Positions 9,790-21,534 of a stretch of DNA of 64,000 nucleotides are shown here, one piece after another (position 1 is the stretch's first letter; each line of letters begins with the position of its first letter). The position numbers were made by a program, and so were the translations under genes. The DNA is taken from positions 614,746 through 678,745 of the forward strand of contig CAWFPN010000010.1 of the NCBI GenBank assembly GCA_963817685.1, written 5' to 3'. Origin of the DNA: an uncultured Verrucomicrobiae bacterium (lineage in GTDB: Bacteria > Verrucomicrobiota > Verrucomicrobiia > Palsa-1439). The notes beneath the pieces were generated by a model, which did no database searches, had not been told where the DNA came from, and saw only the letters and a program-made list of their open reading frames with translations.

Positions 9790-11586
9790 TCAATGCTCAA
9801 GCACCTTGTAAAATTTCAGGTTGGGATACGGGAAGGCGTGCGGTTTGTAGTCCTGGAACCACGGCTGGTACAGGCCGTACGCCAGCGGATAGGCGACCAG
9901 GGCCCAGGTGCAATCTTCCGTTGTCATGTCGGCCATCTTCTCATACAGCGCCGTGCGTTCCGGCGAGTCGCCCATCGTCAGGATACGCTCGTAGAGGCGG
10001 TCGAACTCCGGGTTCCGGTAGTTGGTGGCGTTGATGCCGGGGCATTTGTTCGGCCCGTAAAAAAGCTGCAGGAAATTCTGCGCGTCCGGGTAGTCGATCA
10101 CCCAGCCCGCCCAAAACACCTGCGTGTTGCCATCGTGCTCGCGCCGCAGATATTCGGCGAAACTCAATTGCTGGACGACCAGTTCCACGCCGATGGCCCG
10201 CAGCTGTTCCTCGTAGAAATCCGCCGCCTGCCGCGAGTCCGTGCTGCCCGAGCCGGGCATGATCATCGTCAACCGCAACGGATGGCCGTTCTCGTCGCGC
10301 CCGTCCTTGTAACCGGCCTCGGCGATCAACTGTTTGGCCCGCTCCAGATTGTACGCGTAGGGATACGGCTTGTCGGTATGACCGGCCACTCCCGGCGGAA
10401 TCGGACTGTTGGCAGGCGTGTACCGGTTGTTGGTGATGACCTCGATGTACTGCTTCACGTCGATGGCCGTCGCAAACGCCTGCCGGAGCTTCTTGTGCCG
10501 GGCATTGACGGCGGGATCGGCCGACGTGCCGACCGTGGCATCGAGCATGTTGAACCCGATGTAATCCGTCGCCAGGTCCGGCGTCTTGAAGAGCCTGATC
10601 CCGAGTTTCTCAAGTTCCGGCGATAACGCCAGGTTGGGCGTGATCACCTTTTCAAAGTAATCCTTGTTGATGCCCGAACTGGGGATTTTGCCGCTCAGGA
10701 ACATCTGCCAGATGGTGTAAAACTCGCGGATGTCGTACTCAACGATCCGGTCCAGCAGCGGCAACGGCTTGCCCGCGTCCGCCAGCAACCCCGCCGCCGC
10801 GTCGCCCGGTTCCCCCTTGTCGGGATACGCCTGCCCACTGAACCCCGGGTTGCGCTCGAACTCGAGCCGGTAGTTCTGCCGCCAGCTCGTCAACCGGAAC
10901 GGCCCCGTGCCGACGGGATGCAGGCGAAACTGCTCGCCGTAAAATTCCACCGCCTCATGCGGCACCACAAAGGCATAGCACATCGTCAACACATACAACA
11001 ATTGGGGGTAAGGTTCGGCCAGATGGATTTGCAGTTTGTACCGGTCCACCGCTTGAAACCCCGGCAACGGGACAGTCATGTCCGCCGGCCCCTTGCGGGC
11101 GGCATTCGTTTTCACCCAGGCGTCCGCGCCCAGGACGTGTTCGGCAAAAATCCAGTCGCCCGGCGACTCCAGGTGCGGATCGAGCACGCGCTTGAACGAA
11201 TAAACAAAATCCTCCGCCACCACCTCGCGCCCCTTGCCGCCGGGAAAACAGGGGTCGTCGCTGAAGCGAATCCCCGGCTTGATCGTGAAGGTGTAGGTCA
11301 GCCCGTCCGCCGAAACGTCCGGCATCGATGCCGCCAGCCGCGGTACAGGCCGATAGGGACGCTCCAGGTAGTCATACTCCAGCAACCCTTCATACACCCG
11401 CGAGACTTCGCCGGCCGATTCGACGTCGCCGGCGTCCACCGGGTCGAATCCCTTGAAATCGCCACCCACCAGATAGAGCGTGTTCGGCGCGCTTTCGGAA
11501 AGACTGGCGGAACCGGGGCCGCAGGAAACAGCACAGACGACAATCGCCCCCGCGCTGAGGAGGGCGGTCAATCGTCGGGAGAGCAT
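9790..11586 (-). CDS. oppA: Peptide ABC transporter substrate-binding lipoprotein (OppA/DppA family)
   Basis: Lipobox-like AVSC, VYEGLLEY, SADGLTYTFTIKPGIRF, PVGTGPF, GWVIDYPD. Confidence 0.88.
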   Translation of the reverse strand: MLSRRLTALLSAGAIVVCAVSCGPGSASLSESAPNTLYLVGGDFKGFDPVDAGDVESAGEVSRVYEGLLEYDYLERPYRPVPRLAASMPDVSADGLTYTFTIKPGIRFSDDPCFPGGKGREVVAEDFVYSFKRVLDPHLESPGDWIFAEHVLGADAWVKTNAARKGPADMTVPLPGFQAVDRYKLQIHLAEPYPQLLYVLTMCYAFVVPHEAVEFYGEQFRLHPVGTGPFRLTSWRQNYRLEFERNPGFSGQAYPDKGEPGDAAAGLLADAGKPLPLLDRIVEYDIREFYTIWQMFLSGKIPSSGINKDYFEKVITPNLALSPELEKLGIRLFKTPDLATDYIGFNMLDATVGTSADPAVNARHKKLRQAFATAIDVKQYIEVITNNRYTPANSPIPPGVAGHTDKPYPYAYNLERAKQLIAEAGYKDGRDENGHPLRLTMIMPGSGSTDSRQAADFYEEQLRAIGVELVVQQLSFAEYLRREHDGNTQVFWAGWVIDYPDAQNFLQLFYGPNKCPGINATNYRNPEFDRLYERILTMGDSPERTALYEKMADMTTEDCTWALVAYPLAYGLYQPWFQDYKPHAFPYPNLKFYKVLEH

Positions 11587-11602
11587 CGGTTCTCCCGCCG
11601 GG

Positions 11603-12052
11603 TTACTTGGCGGGCTGCGACGACGGTTGCGCGGGAGCAGCAGGGGCAGCGGGAGCCGCGCCTTGTCCGGCCGCCGGCGGCGGCGTTGACAACGGGGCGG
11701 GCTGCGGCGCCGAACTGCCCGGCATCGTCAGCGGCTGCGCGGACGCCGGCACGCCCATCGGGGCCGCCGGGGCCGACTCCAACGCCCGCTGCATCAACGA
11801 CCGGCTCGTCTCGCGGTGCGTATGCAGCACGGCCAAAATCATCGTCGTCGCCAGCAGGATGCACGCGCACCAGATCGTCAGCCGCACCAGCGCCGTGGTC
11901 GTGCCGCCGCCAAACACCGTGTCCGTCATCCCGCCGCCAAACGCCGCGCCCACACCCTGATCGGAGGATTTCTGCATCAGCACCAGCCCGATGAGAAATA
12001 CCGCCACCACCACGTGGACGATTGTCAACAACCAGATCAAAAACGTGTTCAT
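11603..12052 (-). CDS. secG: Preprotein translocase subunit SecG
   Basis: Two TM helices, LVLMQK...GVGAAFGGG, Pro/Ala tail; follows tpiA. Confidence 0.9.
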   Translation of the reverse strand: MNTFLIWLLTIVHVVVAVFLIGLVLMQKSSDQGVGAAFGGGMTDTVFGGGTTTALVRLTIWCACILLATTMILAVLHTHRETSRSLMQRALESAPAAPMGVPASAQPLTMPGSSAPQPAPLSTPPPAAGQGAAPAAPAAPAQPSSQPAK

Positions 12053-12063
12053 CGATTCCTTTG

Positions 12064-12826
<763 letters not shown>

Positions 12827-12838
12827 AAATAATCCAGG

Positions 12839-14039
12839 TTATTTGTCGCTCAATGCCGCGACGCCGGGCAGCTCCCGGCCTTCGAGAAATTCCAGCGACG
12901 CGCCGCCGCCGGTGGAAACGAACGTGACTTGCTTGTCCAGGCCCGCCTTCTTCAAGGCCTTCGCGCTGTCGCCGCCGCCGATGATGCTCGTGCAATTCTT
13001 GTTGTCCGCCACCGCCTGGGCGACCCCGAACGTGCCCTTGGAAAACTCCGGGACCTCGAAAATGCCCATCGGCCCGTTCCAAATGATCGTCTTGGCCGCG
13101 GCGATTTCCTTCTTGTAGCGTTCGATCGTCTGCGGCCCGATGTCCACGCCGCACCAGCCGTCTTCGATGCTCGGCCCGTCGGTGATCCGCGTCGTCGCGC
13201 CCGCTTTCGGCTCGGTCGCCTGCAGATGGTCCTGCGGCAACAGGAACTTCTTGCCCTTGGCCTTTTCCAGCAACGACTTCGCCATATCGAGCTTGTCGTT
13301 CTCGACGAGCGATTTTCCGATGCCAAATCCTTGTGACTTCAAAAACGTGTACGCCATCGCCCCGCCAATCAGCACCGCGTCGGCTTGTTAACAGGAGATT
13401 CTCGATGACCTTGATCTTGTCCGACACTTTCGCGCCGCCGATGATGGCCACGAACGGCCGCGCTGGATTGGCCAGCGTGCCGCCGAGATATTTCAATTCC
13501 TTCTCCATCAAAAACCCGGCCACGGCCTTGCCGCCGCGTTTCTTGATGATCTCCGCCGCCGCGTGCGTCGACGCGTGCGCCCGATGAGCGCTGCCGAAAG
13601 CGTCGTTGACGTAAATGTCCATGTTCTTCGCCAGCTTTTCGGCGAACACGGGGTCGTTCTTTTCTTCCTCGGCATAAAACCGGACGTTTTCCAGCAACAA
13701 AATGTCGCCCGGCTGCATGATCGCGACGGTGTTCTCCACCTTCTCGCCGATGCAATCGTCCACGAACGCCACCGGCCGCGACAACAATTCCGCCAGCCGT
13801 TGCGCCACGGGCCGCAAACTCTGTTTCGGATCGCGTTTGCCCTTCGGACGGCCCAGATGAGAACAAAGCACCACGCGCGCGCCGTTCTTCCACAAATACT
13901 CCAGCGTCGGCAGGGTCGCCTTGATGCGTTTATCGTCGGTAATCCCGCCGTTCTCGTCCAGCGGTACGTTATAATCCACGCGGACCAGCACCCGCTGACC
14001 GCGAAAGTCTTTCAAGTCATTGATGGAAAGTTTCGCCAT
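12839..14039 (-). pseudogene. pgk: Phosphoglycerate kinase with an apparent frameshift near 13385-13391 (probable sequencing error)
   Basis: [36 protein letters not shown] in one frame; [22 protein letters not shown] in the next. Confidence 0.92.
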
Positions 14040-14077
14040 ATTCTTCAAGCCTCTCCGTTGCTACGGGGTAGCCAGCG

Positions 14078-14105
14078 AGAGTAGCGAATCCCGCCCTTGA
14101 GTCAA
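14078..14105 (-). promoter_or_regulatory. Putative promoter of pgk-tpiA-secG
   Basis: TTGACT-16 nt-TACTCT on the minus strand. Confidence 0.45.
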
Positions 14106-14126
14106 ACCCAAAACGGGGCACCGAAA

Positions 14127-14281
14127 GCCACAGATGGAACACGGATGGAGCACAGATTTCCTCTGTAGGCCGGGTCACCTGACCCGGCGTTCCTGTCGTT
14201 GGTAGAGCGGCTTGGCCCAAGCCGCCGAAGCCGTTTCCCCCCTGAGCCGCGCTGTCACCCCGAGCTTGTCGAGGGGTCTCT
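14127..14281 (+). repeat. Cluster of four repeat classes (CACAGAT units, two GTAG REPs, a GTCACCCCGAGC unit)
   Basis: 14127-14157 CACAGAT units; 14165-14189 GTAGGCCGGGTCACCTGACCCGGCG; 14202-14225 GTAGAGCGGCTTGGCCCAAGCCGC; 14252-14281 CTGTCACCCCGAGCTTGTCGAGGGGTCTCT. Confidence 0.75.
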
Positions 14282-14398
14282 GTCGTTATCGTCTCTGAAA
14301 TAAACAGGTCGGTACCAAGGATTGACACACGTGCCCGCCCAAGCAGGAAGGCCGTGCTATCCGACGAAATGCCGGAATCGGCAATCCTTTACGGCGAT

Positions 14399-14427
14399 GA
14401 TGATATATCCGCTGCGGATATATCATC
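14399..14427. repeat. Perfect 29-bp palindrome
   Basis: GATGATATATCCGC-T-GCGGATATATCATC. Confidence 0.8.
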
Positions 14428-14530
14428 GATTCAAGCCCGTCCGTGTTCACCCCCCAAGCGCGCCGGTGCTTTTGGGGCAAGTCCGGGGCTGACCAACATG
14501 GCCGGACGGGACTGTTGCAGAATTGCGAAA

Positions 14531-14968
14531 ATGTGTTACTCTACGGAGGCATGATATATGCAGAGGGCATACACCTAACGGCTGGAAAGGCGCGAACGCC
14601 GGGTGCGGTCACCCGGCCTACAGCCGAAATCAATGCGATCCGTGGATGTACAGCCCTTCGTGCTTTCGTGGTAAGGGACAGGGATTTAGCGCGAAAAGCG
14701 AACGGGACGACAGAGATCCCTCGACACGCTCGGGATGACGGCGTCAACGTCGCACAATCTGGCCCGGTCAAGCCTAGTCAAACCAAGTCCGACCTAGTCA
14801 AACCTAGTCCAACCATAAATTCTCCCATCGGACCGCCCATCCGTGTAATCCGTGGAAGAAATCCAGCCATTCGTGCCCATTCGTGTGCATTCGTGGCTGC
14901 CTCCATCTGCGTGCATCTGTGTGGATCTGTGGCTCAATACGGCCTAATACGACCTAATACGGCCTTAA
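14531..14968 (+). repeat. Mosaic (BIME/MITE-like) repeat, copy A
   Basis: The left ~115 bp and right ~200 bp arms are nearly identical to the inverted copy at 23425-23883; the middle differs. Confidence 0.9.
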
Positions 14969-15021
14969 TTTGTTTTGAGGATGAGTTTGGACTGACAAAA
15001 TGTCAGTCGGAGGCGTCCGGT

Positions 15022-15600
15022 TTACATCGCGTTCCAGCCGCGACGGATCATGCTGACGGCGATGGCGGCCAGCAGCAGGGAGATGATCTTGGAAATGGCG
15101 TTCAGGCCGGTCAGGCCGATGGCCTGGGCCAACCGTTCGCTGTACCGCAAGGCCAGGCTGACGAGGACCAGATTGATGACCAGCGCCGCCAGGGTGAAGG
15201 GGATGCCCACTGTATCCATCAGGATCAACAGCGTCGTCAGCGTCGCCGGACCGGCGATCAGGGGCAGGCCGAGCGGGACAATCCCGAAGTCATCCGACAA
15301 CGGCGCCACGTTCGGGCCGGTTTGGAGCAGCGTGCGCGAGGCCAGCACCAGCAGGATCAGGCCGCCCGCCACTTGGAAATCGCCAACGGTGATGCCAATC
15401 ACATGAAAGATCAGTTTGCCGAGAAACATGAAGCCGACGGCCACAATCGCCGCCGTCCAGGTGGCCTGATGGGCAATGCGGGTGCGCCGGGTCGGCTCGA
15501 CGCCCACGGTCATCCCCAGATACAACGGCACGAGCCCGACCGGGTCAATCGCCACGAAGAGCGGAATGAAAGCCAGCAGCAGTTTTTCGATCCAGTCCAT
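15022..15600 (-). CDS. MarC-family integral membrane protein
   Basis: FIPLFVAIDPVG, FQVAGGLILL, IVPLGLPLIAGPA, KIISLLLAAIAV. Confidence 0.9.
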   Translation of the reverse strand: MDWIEKLLLAFIPLFVAIDPVGLVPLYLGMTVGVEPTRRTRIAHQATWTAAIVAVGFMFLGKLIFHVIGITVGDFQVAGGLILLVLASRTLLQTGPNVAPLSDDFGIVPLGLPLIAGPATLTTLLILMDTVGIPFTLAALVINLVLVSLALRYSERLAQAIGLTGLNAISKIISLLLAAIAVSMIRRGWNAM

Positions 15601-15705
15601 CGGAACGCCTCCTTGTTTGTCATTAACAGAACGCTGGGGACAAAGCAATCATGCGGCGTCATCGCGCGCTGGCGCAAAGCGCATTCTGATGTACACTATT
15701 GCACG

Positions 15706-16218
15706 ATGAACCGAGAGGGAGCTTCTCTGTGTTGTGCCGTTGCGCTCGCGCTGCTGGCCGGTTGCGGCGGGACCAAGCCCATTCCGGTGGACCAGGTGCA
15801 GGTGACGGCTGTCAAAGCGGAGGATGTCATGCGCGTGGTCCACGCGCCGGGCGCCAAGGCGGTCCTGGTCAATATGTGGGCCACCTGGTGCGGCCCGTGC
15901 CAGGAGGAATTCCCGGACCTGTTGAAGGTGGCGCGACGAGATCAGCCGAAAGGGTTGCGGGTGGTGCTGGTGTCCAATGACGACGAGGCTGACCTGGCAA
16001 ACGTGAAGAAATTCCTGGCCGAGCGCGGGGTGGATTTTCCGGCGTACCTCAAGGCCCAGAAGGACAACGAGTTCGTCAACGGGATCGACTCGCGCTGGAC
16101 CGGCGCGCTCCCGGCGACGTTCATTTACGACGGCAACGGCAAATTGACGGATTTTTGGGAGGGACCGGGGTCATACGCCATGTTTGAGGAGAAAGTAAAA
16201 CCACTATTGAACCCATAA
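15706..16218 (+). CDS. TlpA-like thioredoxin-fold lipoprotein
   Basis: Lipobox LLAGC; VNMWATWCGPCQEEFP CxxC motif. Confidence 0.85.
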   Translation: MNREGASLCCAVALALLAGCGGTKPIPVDQVQVTAVKAEDVMRVVHAPGAKAVLVNMWATWCGPCQEEFPDLLKVARRDQPKGLRVVLVSNDDEADLANVKKFLAERGVDFPAYLKAQKDNEFVNGIDSRWTGALPATFIYDGNGKLTDFWEGPGSYAMFEEKVKPLLNP

Positions 16219-16262
16219 CCTGAGCGCAGTGTCGTATCTGTATGCTTGGAGGAACCATATAT

Positions 16263-16877
16263 ATGAGAACAAATCAAATCCGCATCGCAATCATCTGTGC
16301 ATCCGTCGCGCTGGCAGCGGCTTCCGCGAATACAGAAGCCCTGGAGATCGGCGGGAAGATCCCGCAGGCGACCGTTAAGATGCAAAATGTCGACGGCAAA
16401 CAGGTTTCCATCGCCGACGTGGCCGGGACAAAGGGCACGCTGGTGGTGTTCACCTGCAACCATTGTCCGTTCGCCAAAGCCTGGCAATCACGAATCGTTG
16501 AACTGGGCAACGCCTACCAAACCAAGGGCGTCGGCGTGATCGCCATCAACTCCAACGATCCGACCAACTACCAGGAAGACAACTTCGAAGTCATGCAGGC
16601 GCGGGCCAAGGAGAACGGCTTTCAGTTTCCCTACGTCGTGGACGGCACTTCCGACGTGGCGCGGGCCTTCGGCGCATCGCACACGCCCGAGGCGTTCCTC
16701 TTCGACAAGTCCGGCCAACTCGTCTATCACGGCGCGATCGATGACGACAAGGACATCGCCAGCGTCACCAAACATTACCTGCACGACGCCCTCGACGCGG
16801 TCGTCAACGGCACGCCCGTCCCGGTGAGCGAAACCAAGTCCGTCGGCTGCGGCATCAAGTTCCGCCCGAAAGCGTGA
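16263..16877 (+). CDS. Exported thioredoxin-family (AhpC/TSA-like redoxin) protein
   Basis: Signal peptide; VVFTCNHCPF, AINSND, YHGAIDD, SVGCGIK. Confidence 0.85.
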   Translation: MRTNQIRIAIICASVALAAASANTEALEIGGKIPQATVKMQNVDGKQVSIADVAGTKGTLVVFTCNHCPFAKAWQSRIVELGNAYQTKGVGVIAINSNDPTNYQEDNFEVMQARAKENGFQFPYVVDGTSDVARAFGASHTPEAFLFDKSGQLVYHGAIDDDKDIASVTKHYLHDALDAVVNGTPVPVSETKSVGCGIKFRPKA

Positions 16878-16911
16878 CGCGCCGCGCCGGCTTGTGTAAG
16901 ATGCGCGGCCA

Positions 16912-18659
16912 ATGATTGCGCGCGCGCGATTGCTGGTTTGCCTGGCCCTGGTCGGCCTGCTCTACGTCTTTCACGTCCATCTGAAGACGGCGAAGATCTT
17001 CGCCAACCCGGGCTGGAACGCGCAGGACGAGACCGGACAATTCTGGAGCGAGGCCGCCTTCCAGTACCGGTTCGCCAAATTCTTCGCCGAACATCCCGCC
17101 GCCGACTGGGGCCAACTCGCGCGCGACCGCGACGTGCAGCACCCGGACACGATCGACGACTGGGCGGAGTTCACCGTGGCGATGGAAGTGCCGGTGGGCG
17201 TGTTGTACCGCTGGCTGAAACCGGCCATGCCGTTTCACGTGTTCGTTGTCTGGTACGATTGTCTTGTCTCCAGCCTGTCGTTGTTCGCCGTGTTCCTGCT
17301 GGCGCGCGCGCTGTGGCGCAGCGATGGGGCGGGCGTGGTCGCGGCGCGTTGTACGCGGCGTTGTACCCGAGCTACGGGCGGACGGTGAAGAACCTGTTTC
17401 TGCGGGAAGACTTCGCGGTCCCGCTGCTGTTGTTCGCCCTGGCGTTCACCGTGCGCGCGTTGCAGGAACAGAAACGGCGTGACCAGATCGTGGCGGCGCT
17501 GTTCTGGCTGGCCGCGCTGGCGAGCTGGCATTTGACGCAGTTCGTGATGGCGCCGTTCGTGGCGGCGGCCGTGCTGGTGTACCTGGGTAAAGGCCGGACG
17601 CCGAGGCTGCCGTGGTTTGTGATCGTGCTCGCGGCGGGCACGCTGGCCATTCCTGTGCTGCGGGCAAAACAGGTGTATCTCTCGCCCACCCTGTGTGCGC
17701 TCTACGCGCTGGCGCTGGCGGTCTGGATCGACGGCGGACGGCGAAGGGCGATCAGGATCTTCGCGGGCTCGCTGGCGTTGTGTCTCCTGCTCGGCCTGCT
17801 GTTCCAGAAATCCACCGGCGAGTACGCGCACGTCTACGCCCTGTTCTTCGCCAAGCTGCATTTCCTCGGGATGAAACCGGCCGACCCGTCCCAGTTGCCG
17901 TGGGAAGCGCGGCTTTTATGGGAAGGGGCGTTTAACACGGCGACCTGGCAGGAGTTCAGGCACAGCCTGGCGTGGTGCCTGCCGCTGGCGGTGCTGGCGA
18001 TGTGGTTGACGCGGCGCGATACGGACGTCGCGGTGAGGATCTTCATCGTCTTTACGCTGCTGCTGTTTCCGCTGGCGTGGATGGTGGTGCGCTACTTCAC
18101 GTTCCTCGGGTTTACCGCGGCGGTGGTGGGGGCGGGGTTGCTGACCCAACGGTTTTGGTGGAAGACGGCGGTCTTCGCCGCCACGGTGGCGCAACTGGCG
18201 GGGTTGGACTTCCAGCCCTTGGAGCGCGTCCAGCCGGCGCCCGCCGAATACGTCCCGGTCGTGCGCTGGCTGAACGATCAGACGCCGAGTAACGCGGTGG
18301 TCCTGGCCACGATCACGGAATCGCCCGTGTTCTGGGCACATACCGGCCGCCCGATCATTCTGCACCCGAAATTCGAGAACCGGGAAATCCGCGAGCGCTA
18401 CCGGGAGTTCCTGGAAGCCATCTACGGCGGTGAGGACGGGTTTTATGAATTTGCGCGCCGCCACGGCGCCGACTATTTCATCTACGACACCGGCTTCCTG
18501 TTCGACGCCGAAGAATCGCGCCGCTACAAAGCCGACAAGCTCGGCCCGCTCCCACCCGATTGCGCCGCCGAACTGTTCCAGGACCATCCCGAACGGCTCA
18601 AGCACTTCACGTTGGAACTGGCCGCCGACCGGTTCTCCGTCTTTCGCCTGGCACGCTAG
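16912..18659 (+). pseudogene. GT-C fold glycosyltransferase resembling DPY19 C-mannosyltransferase; apparent -1 frameshift near 17347 (probable sequencing error)
   Basis: Multi-TM protein. FWSE..QYRFAK, LREDFAVP, WHLTQF and TGRPIILHPKFE..IRER match remembered DPY19 motifs in the same order. Confidence 0.7.
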
Positions 18660-20182
18660 CGCATCGTGACGTTGTGGAAGAGGATGTCGCCGTTGACTTC
18701 GAATCGCAGGCCGTCGACGTTGGCGCGGCAGGCGGCCAGGCTCTCGGCGTGGGCCAGGGGCACCATCGGCGCTTCCTTGTAGACGATCTATTGCGACTGG
18801 CGATACAAGGCCGCACGCTTTTCCGGGTCAAGTTCGCGCCGGGCGGCGATCATCAGGTCGTGATAGGCGTCGTCTTTCCAGAAGCAGATGTTGAGCGCCG
18901 AGCCGAGCGTGGCGGTGTCCTTGTCCAGCAGCACGTAGAGGAAGTTGTCCGCGTCGCCGTTGTCGCCCACCCACCCCAGCAACGCCATCTCGTGCTCGCC
19001 GTGACTGGTGCGGCTGAGGTGCGAACCCCATTCGTTCGGGACGATCTCGACGGGGATGCCGGCCTGCGCCAGGTCGGCCTTGATCATTTCCGCGGCCCGG
19101 AGGGGATTGGGCAGGTACGGGCGTGGATTGGTCATGACTTCGAGCCGCAGGGGGTGGTCCAACGGCATGGTGCGGGAAAGGCTGTAGCGCGCCGTGTCGG
19201 GGATTTCATCGTTGTAACCGCTGATGAACGGCGGCAGGGGATTCTTCGCGACAACGGCGGCCCCGCGATAAACGGCGGCCACCAGATCGGTCTTGTTGAT
19301 GCTGGCGGCGATCAAGTCGCGCAGGTTCTTGTTGTCCAGCGGCGGCTTTGAGCAGTTCAACGCGAGATAACAGACATTCATTCCGGCGCCGGTGACAAGC
19401 TTCAGCGCCGGGTCGTCTTTGATCGTGGGCTGATCGTTCGGGTCAATGCCGTCCATCGCCTGGACGTCGTCCGTCTGCAACTGGATCAGCCGCGCGGCGG
19501 AATCGGGGACAACCTTGAAAATCAGCCTCTGGATCTTCGGCGGCCCGTCCCAGTAATCGGCATTGGCCGACAGTTCGATCGTTTCGTTGGGCACCCAGGA
19601 GACGAACCGGAACGGTCCGGTACCCACGGGATGCCGCTGGTCGATGAACTTCGGGCTGATCAGGTAGGCGGGGAAAATCGCCAAGTCGGCCAGAAAAGGC
19701 GCCTGTGGTTCGCGCAGGCGAAACTCGAGCGTATCGGCATTAACGGCGCGCACCGACTCGACCATCCCGTACATCGCCGCCCAGTAGGCAAAGGTCGCCT
19801 GTTTCAGGTGCGCGGGATTCGACGGGTCCATTTGCCGGAGAAAACTGAACGCCGCCGCGGGAGCGTCCAGCAGCGTGCCGTCGTGAAAACGGACGCCCGG
19901 ACGCAGGTGGAACGTGTAGACCAGCCCGTCGGGACTGATCGTCCACGACGTGGCCAGGCAGGCTTCGATGGCCGAGGTGCCCGTTTTGAAGCGTACCAGG
20001 CCTTCGCAGATGTTGCTGAGCACCTTGACGGACTCGCCGTCATCCACGTCGGCGGGATCAAGCTTCTGCGAGTCCGCGCCCCGCGCGAAGACGAGGGTTT
20101 CCCCGCTCGGACCGCCGGGACGCCGGCAGGCCGCGGCCAGCAGGCAAAGGACGAAAGCGACGGTAAACAGCCGTTGTTTCAC
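18656..20182 (-). pseudogene. DppA-like peptide ABC substrate-binding lipoprotein with an in-frame TAG at 18788-18790
   Basis: GTG start, LAAAC lipobox, [27 protein letters not shown]. The frame continues after the TAG as IVYKEAPMVPLAH... to a stop at 18656. Confidence 0.82.
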
Positions 20183-20321
20183 GCGCGCCAGCCTAACGCA
20201 GCCGCCCGGCCGAGGCAAGCCGCCAACCGTCGGCCGCTGGTTGTTCTGGCTTGATTTCAAGATTCTTCTGCGCACAATCCCCGTCAATCCATCAGTGGAT
20301 GGGGAGAGCACGGTAAAACTT

Positions 20322-21272
<951 letters not shown>

Positions 21273-21296
21273 GAGAAACGTCCGGGCGGGCCGCCG

Positions 21297-21527
21297 TTAC
21301 ACCGGCGTCTTGATGCCCATCGCGCGCAGGGCGCACCAGGCGTTGGCCGCTTCGAAGATCATGAAGCCGCCGGCCACCAGCACCACGATTCCGCCGATCA
21401 ACAGGGCCTTGCCGCCGCCATAAAACAACCCGGCGACGATCAGCCCGGCCCCGCCGATGGCCACGACGATGCCCGAGACAAGCCGTGCCCGGCGTCCGCG
21501 ATGATCGATGTTGGGGACCAGTTTCAC
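21297..21527 (-). CDS. Small DUF2892/YgaP-like membrane protein
   Basis: NIDHRGRRAR, two TM helices, C-terminal WCALRAMGIKT. Confidence 0.6.
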   Translation of the reverse strand: MKLVPNIDHRGRRARLVSGIVVAIGGAGLIVAGLFYGGGKALLIGGIVVLVAGGFMIFEAANAWCALRAMGIKTPV

Positions 21528-21534
21528 AGGTGTC

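Noticed and set aside
14399-14520. 6S RNA, SRP RNA or tmRNA assignment for the structured intergenic segment
   Set aside because: The closed structure is only about 74 nt and lacks the SRP GGAA-loop motif and tmRNA tRNA-like ends. It is kept only as an unassigned candidate.
15868-15900. WATW in the TlpA protein as the substrate motif of the DPY19-like neighbour
   Set aside because: WATWCxxC is the generic TlpA active-site sequence, so its presence is no evidence of glycosylation.
18788-18790. Pyrrolysine or amber recoding in the dppA-like gene
   Set aside because: TAG is used as a normal stop in many genes here (oppC, pilT, fabH) and there are no pyl genes. A point error or nonsense mutation is simpler.
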